DNA of 64,000 nucleotides from assembly GCA_964016885.1 (NCBI GenBank), contig CAXHJY010001082.1:1-64000 (forward strand), read 5' to 3'. Both the position numbers and the translations under genes were made by a program. Below are positions 58,560-64,000 of this stretch, one piece after another; the first letter of the stretch is position 1; each line of letters opens with the position of its first letter. The notes under the pieces are model-generated. The model was given only the letters and a program-made list of their open reading frames with translations. It was not told the origin of the DNA and made no database searches. The DNA is from Eledone cirrhosa. Its lineage: Eukaryota.

Positions 58560-59440
58560 TTTCAATCTTCTTTGATGCATCATCGGTTCACACGAATCTT
58601 ATAGAAAGTCAATAAACAGCTCAAAATTCACCAAGTATGCAACCTTTTATCAAATTACATTAAACAATTATCTATAGCAATAAGCAAACTATTAAATCCC
58701 CTCTCCAGTGACGAAATGAAACTTCAATAAAAAGATAGGAAATAAATCACACACTCCAAACAATGAAAGAAGCCCACAGTAGAAAGAGAAACATGAGGTG
58801 AGTCAGCCCCCATTTAGTAAAAATCTCATGACTTGAATGGTAATGGCATTCATCTCTTCATTCAACAAACAAATTACACAAATTATTCAACAAAAGTGAT
58901 ACAGAATCCAACTATTCTACCAAAGTTTCCATTAGAAATATCGTTTCATTACAGAACACAAAAAATATGTAACACCACACTGAAAATGCTAACAAAAGGG
59001 GAAATAATTGCAATTACTAAACTACCGAGTAGTCTCGTCCTCCCCCTCAGCTCATGAGTACCTGTATCATGTATTGAGTCACTATTACTACAAATTGGCA
59101 GTACATCCTCCCAAATCGGCCTAATAGAACATTGATTTAAATTAGATTATATAAACACACGAGCTCTCCGAAACAACCCTTACAAGGAAAATACCACATC
59201 TTTGTTGAAGTACATCTAGTAGAAGAAAGCTAAAGGTTGATAACACTCCCCAAAATAGTTCTGATCGTTGTCAGCTAAAAGAATCAGAAATGAAGTTCAA
59301 TGATCTGGACAAAGATTTATGTTTTTGACAGAGAATATGTAGTATGTGTATGATCATCCACGAACTCCATGGATTCTTGTATTCTAGAACAAATATGAGC
59401 TTGTTCCATCGAAACACTTATAAAGAAAACATTTCAAAAG
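58560..59440 (+). pseudogene. Heavily decayed Penelope-like RT/GIY-YIG remnant
   Basis: Read across frames, fragments occur in the expected order: FDASSVHTNL, LNPLSSDE, PPFSKNLMT, NKLHKLFNKS, QIGSTS, IRLYKHTSS, TTSLLKYI, DLC..TE. Most parallel motifs of 13683-15026 ([36 protein letters not shown]). Confidence 0.65.
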
Positions 59441-60224
59441 TGAAAACAAGCACGAGAAAATACATTTACCTTCTTGCTTAGGTTTTAATTTTGAAAAGTT
59501 ATTACAAACATGAAATAGTAGAGTCGCAAATGTTTTACTTCACGTTAAGAAATTGGACAATGTCCATATTTGACTGTGAAGTTTAATAGAATACTTGAAA
59601 GATGATAATTTATTATTTCATAATTAATTATATTGCTTCTAAACTGTTTAAAAATTAATTGCTTTAAAATTATTTCAAAATTGTTTTCATCAAAATTTGA
59701 GTGAATCAATTGATATTTAATTCGCAAATTTTAATTCTAATTTTTCGTTTTTATTTTATTGTTGTTAATTTTACTGTTATAAGCTTTGATATCATTTGAT
59801 GCAAATGGCCTCCAAGTATTCTCGCTATCTTATGTGTTGCTTCCATTAGAAATGCATAGTGCATTAATTGGTTGTATATACCAATGTTTAAAGCATCATT
59901 ATGTGAGGCACAGAACCGAGCTTTGGGCTGTTTTCCTCTATTGAAAATAATTATCGAAAGCTCTCACCAAAGATAGTGTCTATAAAATGATCATACAGAA
60001 ACCTCTAAAGGATGTATCAACACCAACTATATGACATCTTATCCTAACATAGTTAGAGTTTCTTCTCATATATAGCTATCTACATATTTATTGTAAAATC
60101 ACTTAACTTTTAACTCTACAAAATATTGCATTGCTCTGTATAGTCACTGCCTTTGTCTCTCTCGCTTTCTCCATCTCTCACTATTATAAGCAAATGGGGG
60201 ATCATGCTCTGACCACCCCGCGGC

Positions 60225-60565
60225 CCCGGCGGACAGAATAGAGAAGGCGTTTCCTCGGAGGATGGTGAGGGAGACGCGTTGGAAGAGCCATTCCAGCTCG
60301 TGAGACTCAAACCGGCAGGTAGCAATCCATGCCAATGGTGGTGAGTAGGGAGGTGGTACTAGGGCCAAGGACACCTGATATCTCCACTGCCACGGGTAGC
60401 CAACACTGTGCTGATAGTGGTGTGTACAGAGGTGCTCCTAGGGCCAAGGACACCAGAAGTCTCCACTGCAAAGGGCTCTACCGCAAACCTGTCGAAGAGC
60501 GACCGATATTTAGAGAGTTTACCTTGCTCGTCCTGATACCAGTTCATCTGAAGCGACAGCCCAAG
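60225..60565 (-). mobile_element. CRE-like non-LTR retrotransposon RLE C-terminus, frameshifted
   Basis: KLSKYRSL..VEPFAVETSGVLGP and WLFQRVSLTILRGNAFSIL; short internal duplication (CTAGGGCCAAGGACACC twice). Confidence 0.75.
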
Positions 60566-60841
60566 AAAATCTAGCACATATTCTTGACAACGAATTGAAC
60601 AGAGACATGTAAAATGGAATATGCTCAAATACGTAAGGAAACATCTGCTCTTTGACTTCAGTTGTTATTGGCTGCTTGATAATAGTTTACCTACCCAACC
60701 ATTTCACAAATAAATGGAATTGCATTTTAGCATTCAAATAACAGAACGTAAAGTGTATATTCAACTTGTACGAAACTTTAAGAAGACTATATTAAAAAGA
60801 AAGATGATATAACATGAAATAGTCAGAAAGAATGAAGTAAT

Positions 60842-60895
<54 letters not shown>

Positions 60896-61116
60896 GTTGC
60901 GTGTGAGTGTGTTTGTATATGTGAGCGCGTGCGTCTGTGTCTGTGTTTGTCTGTATATAATATATAAATATCCTCACACATTACACACACACATATATAC
61001 ATATATATATGTGTGTGTGTGAGGATGTATATGTGAGCGCGTGTGACTGTGTGTCTGTGTTTGTATGCCTATAATATATAAATATGCCAACAAATATTAT
61101 ACATACACACATATAC

Positions 61117-61200
<84 letters not shown>

Positions 61201-61524
61201 CCAATTTCTGTTCAATTCCACCGTGTGTTCGTCGGTGATATGTTTCGTGACTTCGTGTTAAAAATACTTTGTTGAGTTAAATTATCTAATCTTCTGAATG
61301 TAAAGCTGTTTGAATCTTTCAGTGAAGTCTGTTAATATTTTATCGTATGTCTAAGCATAATTTGAACATCAAAATATTATGTAGATAGTAAAAATATGAT
61401 TTCATAACAGTCAAAATAGATTGCTTATTACATTGTACATATAGCTTATTACGTTTTTAGTTCGTTTCAGCCGTCTATGGTAAGTTCATGATAGTGCAGC
61501 ATCTTATATATATATATATGTATA

Positions 61525-61705
61525 TAACGAAGGAATTGTGGTAAGGAACCAGATGGACCATAACGCACCAGAGTACTCAATACTTAGGGCAGTAGAGTGG
61601 GTAATAGGAAAAAGTATGACCCCGACGGCAGAGCTCAAGCCGTTTCGACGGCTATTTCTGGACTCCAGAAACGGCTTGAGCTCTGCCGTCGAGGTCATAC
61701 TTTTT

Positions 61706-61709
<4 letters not shown>
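61525..61709. mobile_element. Family A head-to-head inverted terminus pair, second locus
   Basis: Same organisation and near-identical tail as 35273-35465; junction near 61663. Confidence 0.85.
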
Positions 61710-61736
<27 letters not shown>

Positions 61737-61742
<6 letters not shown>

Positions 61743-61988
61743 ATAAATATTTCGTATCTCCGAAGAAATACGGTTTTAGGAAGCCGTAGCTATGCAAACA
61801 CCGGGGGGGGGGGGGGGGGGGGGCTAACGCCCTCTGGTGATGTCCAGCAGAAGCAAGGAGGCAACCATCTATGCATTTCAGGCTTAACTGGCCTTCGTCA
61901 GGACGGTCCCTCCCACCGCTTGCGACTGCTGCACTAGAAGACAGGCGAAAACCGTATTTCTTCGGAGATACGAAATATTTATACAAAT
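61737..61988. repeat. Perfect 41-bp inverted repeat enclosing 170 bp of GC-rich sequence
   Basis: 61737-61777 is the exact reverse complement of 61948-61988. Confidence 0.9.
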
Positions 61989-62066
61989 TGTATAAAGCTA
62001 TGCTTGAAGCAAAATCCTAAATATTTATTTATTTATTTAATTATATAGTAAACAACACAGTATAAT

Positions 62067-62140
62067 TATTCCATTACCCAAGGTTTCACGAAGTTAGAGG
62101 ATTCTAACAGAGACGCCTTGTTCGTTCATCAGATGAAATA
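62067..62140 (-). ncRNA. Type I hammerhead ribozyme
   Basis: Minus: TATTTCAT-CTGATGA-ACGAA..TTCGT-GAAA-CCTTGGG-TA-ATGGAATA; 8-bp stem I with one GU pair, 5-bp basal stem II. Confidence 0.85.
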
Positions 62141-62224
62141 TTTCTATCTATATGTATATATTGTTTAGGGATCGATGCGTAGTTTCCAGCAGGTATATGG
62201 GTGTTGTTCTAAGCAGAGTGCAAT

Positions 62225-62402
62225 ATTTGTTTCTACTTTAGGCACAAGGCCAGCAATTACCCAGTGTATTACTGGTACTTTATTTTATCGACGCCGTAAG
62301 GATGAAAGGCAAAGTTAACTTCGGCGGGATTTGAACTCAGAACATAAAGGGTCCTAACTCTTTGCTGCAAAGCATGGCGTCCGACGCACTACCGATACTG
62401 TC
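62225..62402 (-). mobile_element. tRNA-derived SINE
   Basis: Same family (GGCACAAGGCCAGCAATT..GGATTTGAACTCAG..CCGATACTG). Confidence 0.85.
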
Positions 62403-62450
62403 AGTGTAATAATAATAATAAAAAGGACGCGGTGTTAGATTTTATTTCTT

Positions 62451-62534
62451 GAAGTGTGACGCGCGTTTCGCGATTGAGCAGCTGAAGGCTCGATTTGTAC
62501 CAATCGGACCCGACACTGAAGTTCGTCGGACTTC
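62451..62534 (-). ncRNA. Degenerate hammerhead-like motif (CCGACGA)
   Basis: Minus: GAAGT-CCGACGA..GAAA-CGCGCG-TC-ACACTTC; palindromic stem III; stem I offset by 2 nt. Confidence 0.55.
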
Positions 62535-62582
62535 TAAATGTAATGAAGATCTAACACCTCATCTTTTTTATTATTATTATAT

Positions 62583-62646
<64 letters not shown>

Positions 62647-62659
62647 GTGTGTGTGTGTA

Positions 62660-62735
62660 TCCCGAGTTCAAACGGGGATAACCACAGTAAATAAGGTACT
62701 CAATACATAGCAGAAGCAGAGTGTAAATATTCTAT
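62660..62735 (-). mobile_element. Family B tail fragment
   Basis: TAACCACAGTAAATAAGGTACTCAATACATAGCAG matches 37094-37129. Confidence 0.7.
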
Positions 62736-62739
62736 ATAG

Positions 62740-62814
<75 letters not shown>

Positions 62815-62815
<1 letters not shown>

Positions 62816-63628
62816 TAGCAGCTGAGCCCGGTTGCACCCGGGGCCACTTTTTATTAAGTTAATAATTAAAAAAATATTATTGAAAGTTTATTATAAAGAA
62901 GCAGTTTCAGGAAAATAAATAGAAATATGCACTTGGGGCTGGACGGCGTACAATGAGAAGGTAAGGGTTTTATTTCTTTTGTTAGAAAACAGTGACCTTT
63001 TTCGATTTGGCATTTCGTAAAATTTTACTGCAGAATCGATTTCAGAAAACGATACTGTATGATCGTTATAGAAGTATTTAAATTTAATATAGAGCAAGTG
63101 TAATTTGAAAAATGAAAATGAAACGTACTGTAGAAGGCAACAGTTTATTAATCTGCATTTTCAAACTTGCATATCATCGACATTGCTATTTCCCTGTTAA
63201 TAAACAACGCTTTTTACGTCGCTCCACCTCTCATTGTACGCCGTCCAGCCCCAAGTGCATATTTCTATTTTTTTCCCTGAAATTGTTTCTTTATAATAAA
63301 CTTTCAATAATATTTTTCAAATTATTGGTACTGTATGTTAACAGCGAAAGAACGTTGATGAGTTTAAAAATGTGTATGAAATTGTAAATAACTCATCCAA
63401 GTATTAGAATAGGGGGAAATAACTCACCGAACGCGATAGTAAATAGACCGTTTGGGGGCCCTAGGGACCACATTTTTCAAGTTAGAGATTTGAAACCTCG
63501 TCTATTTGCTTCCTTGGCACTTTTTACATAGGTGTGTAAATTTTCATGTCCGTCCGACCACGTCTACTACCATTTAACCGTGTACATCTGAATTTCAACC
63601 ACCACCCATTTCACAAATATATATTAGA
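62815..63628 (-). mobile_element. Non-autonomous Helitron
   Basis: Minus strand 5' TCTAATATATA, 3' hairpin CCCGGGTGCAACCGGG then CTAG; sits in (TA)n. Confidence 0.7.
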
Positions 63629-64000
63629 TATATATATATACATATATGTATATGTGATGAATAGGAGTGGGTGTATCACTCGTTCGTTTCAAAATGCTGA
63701 AAAGCTCAATGTATTAAACGCTTCTGGACAAATACAGAGCATCATTTAATTTAGATGAAAAACCAAATATAATACTTCAAATCATTTCAATTTTAAAGAA
63801 AAACAATTGCTCAATGGACTGGGTGCATTCTATCGTGGCACCACCACCATCACCAACCCCACCAAACACCACCCCCACCACCACCAACAGAGTGGTTGTC
63901 ATGTTTTCGACAAATTTAAAACACCCTTTCTACATTACTTTCTACTTACTTTCGATCGTCAAGCACTTTTACAGAATGTACTGGGTGTATTTTATGGATG

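Overview
Very AT-rich eukaryotic DNA, probably cephalopod (octopus-like; inferred from my recollection of the tRNA-derived SINE sequences, not from a search). Roughly half of the window is simple-sequence repeat, and almost all long ORFs in the track are translations of those repeats. I can support no host protein-coding exon. The real coding content is retroelement-derived: (1) a 5'-truncated but open Penelope-like element ORF (RT + GIY-YIG, Naiad-like) at 13683-15026 with a ~1.2 kb 3' region; (2) a decayed Penelope-like copy near 58.5-59.4 kb; (3) R4/Dong-like, CRE-like and RTE/RTEX-like LINE 3' fragments. There are also tRNA-SINEs, nested non-autonomous Helitrons and mariner/Tc1 MITEs. The most notable signal is non-coding. 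About a dozen complete or degenerate type I hammerhead ribozyme (HHR) folds plus several half-ribozymes, from at least eight sequence families, sit between the microsatellites. The HHR at the 3' end of the Penelope-like element has a non-canonical U3:A8 core (UUGAGAA) and an internal duplication that could make it switchable. Several families occur as head-to-head palindromes broken inside the ribozyme, and two families share a GTATTGAGTAC motif ~40 nt past the cleavage site. All folds were read by eye and need computational and biochemical confirmation.
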